Source: an uncultured virus (IMG/VR IMGVR_UViG_3300033994_001010) (taxonomy: Duplodnaviria; Heunggongvirae; Uroviricota; Caudoviricetes). Taken from it: a DNA stretch of 35,076 nt. The notes below the pieces were generated by a model. The model saw only the letters and a list, made by a program, of their open reading frames with translations, was not told where the DNA came from and did not search any database. Where the stretch lies: IMG/VR virus record IMGVR_UViG_3300033994_001010; one strand, given 5' to 3'. This document shows, piece by piece, positions 35,057 to 35,076 of the stretch. Made by a program: the position numbers and the translations under genes. The number at the start of each line of letters is the position of its first letter. Within the stretch, counting starts at the first letter, position 1.

Positions 35057-35076
35057 GTGAGACACCCCCCCCCCCC

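Noticed and set aside
35065..35076. Terminal poly-C run (12 nt)
   Set aside because: It sits at the very end of the sequence and is likely a sequencing or assembly artefact.

Overview
A 35 kb fragment of a tailed dsDNA bacteriophage genome, with all credible genes on the + strand and densely packed with TAATG/ATGA overlaps. Two WhiB genes and the gene repertoire point to an actinobacterial host (inference). There are four blocks. (1) 1-9.9 kb, replication/recombination: TOPRIM primase (partial), SNF2 helicase, MerR-type HTH, Zn-binding SSB, family-A DNA polymerase, RecA, three PD-(D/E)XK-type nucleases and a SpoVS homolog. (2) 9.9-17.4 kb, an island of low-complexity, probably disordered proteins; six or seven small unrelated ORFs share one N-terminal motif (MxxG[EQ][DR]T[RE][HN][HN]xxR[RKI]V). 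(3) 17.5-23.3 kb: a degenerate HAD-like plus TGT-like pair, a PnuC-like protein, two WhiBs and an SLT lytic transglycosylase. (4) 22-35 kb, an early-gene-like region of short acidic ORFs in promoter-leader-terminator cassettes with a recurring AACCCAAA..AAGGAG leader, plus DUF932 and a second SNF2 helicase. Block 4 contains a ~150-nt four-hairpin non-coding element (26228-26380) whose loops are complementary to the Shine-Dalgarno and AACCCAAA leader motifs, a candidate trans-acting shut-off sRNA. No capsid, portal, tail, integrase, tRNA or CRISPR array was recognised. Family calls are from motif recognition only; no database searches were run.
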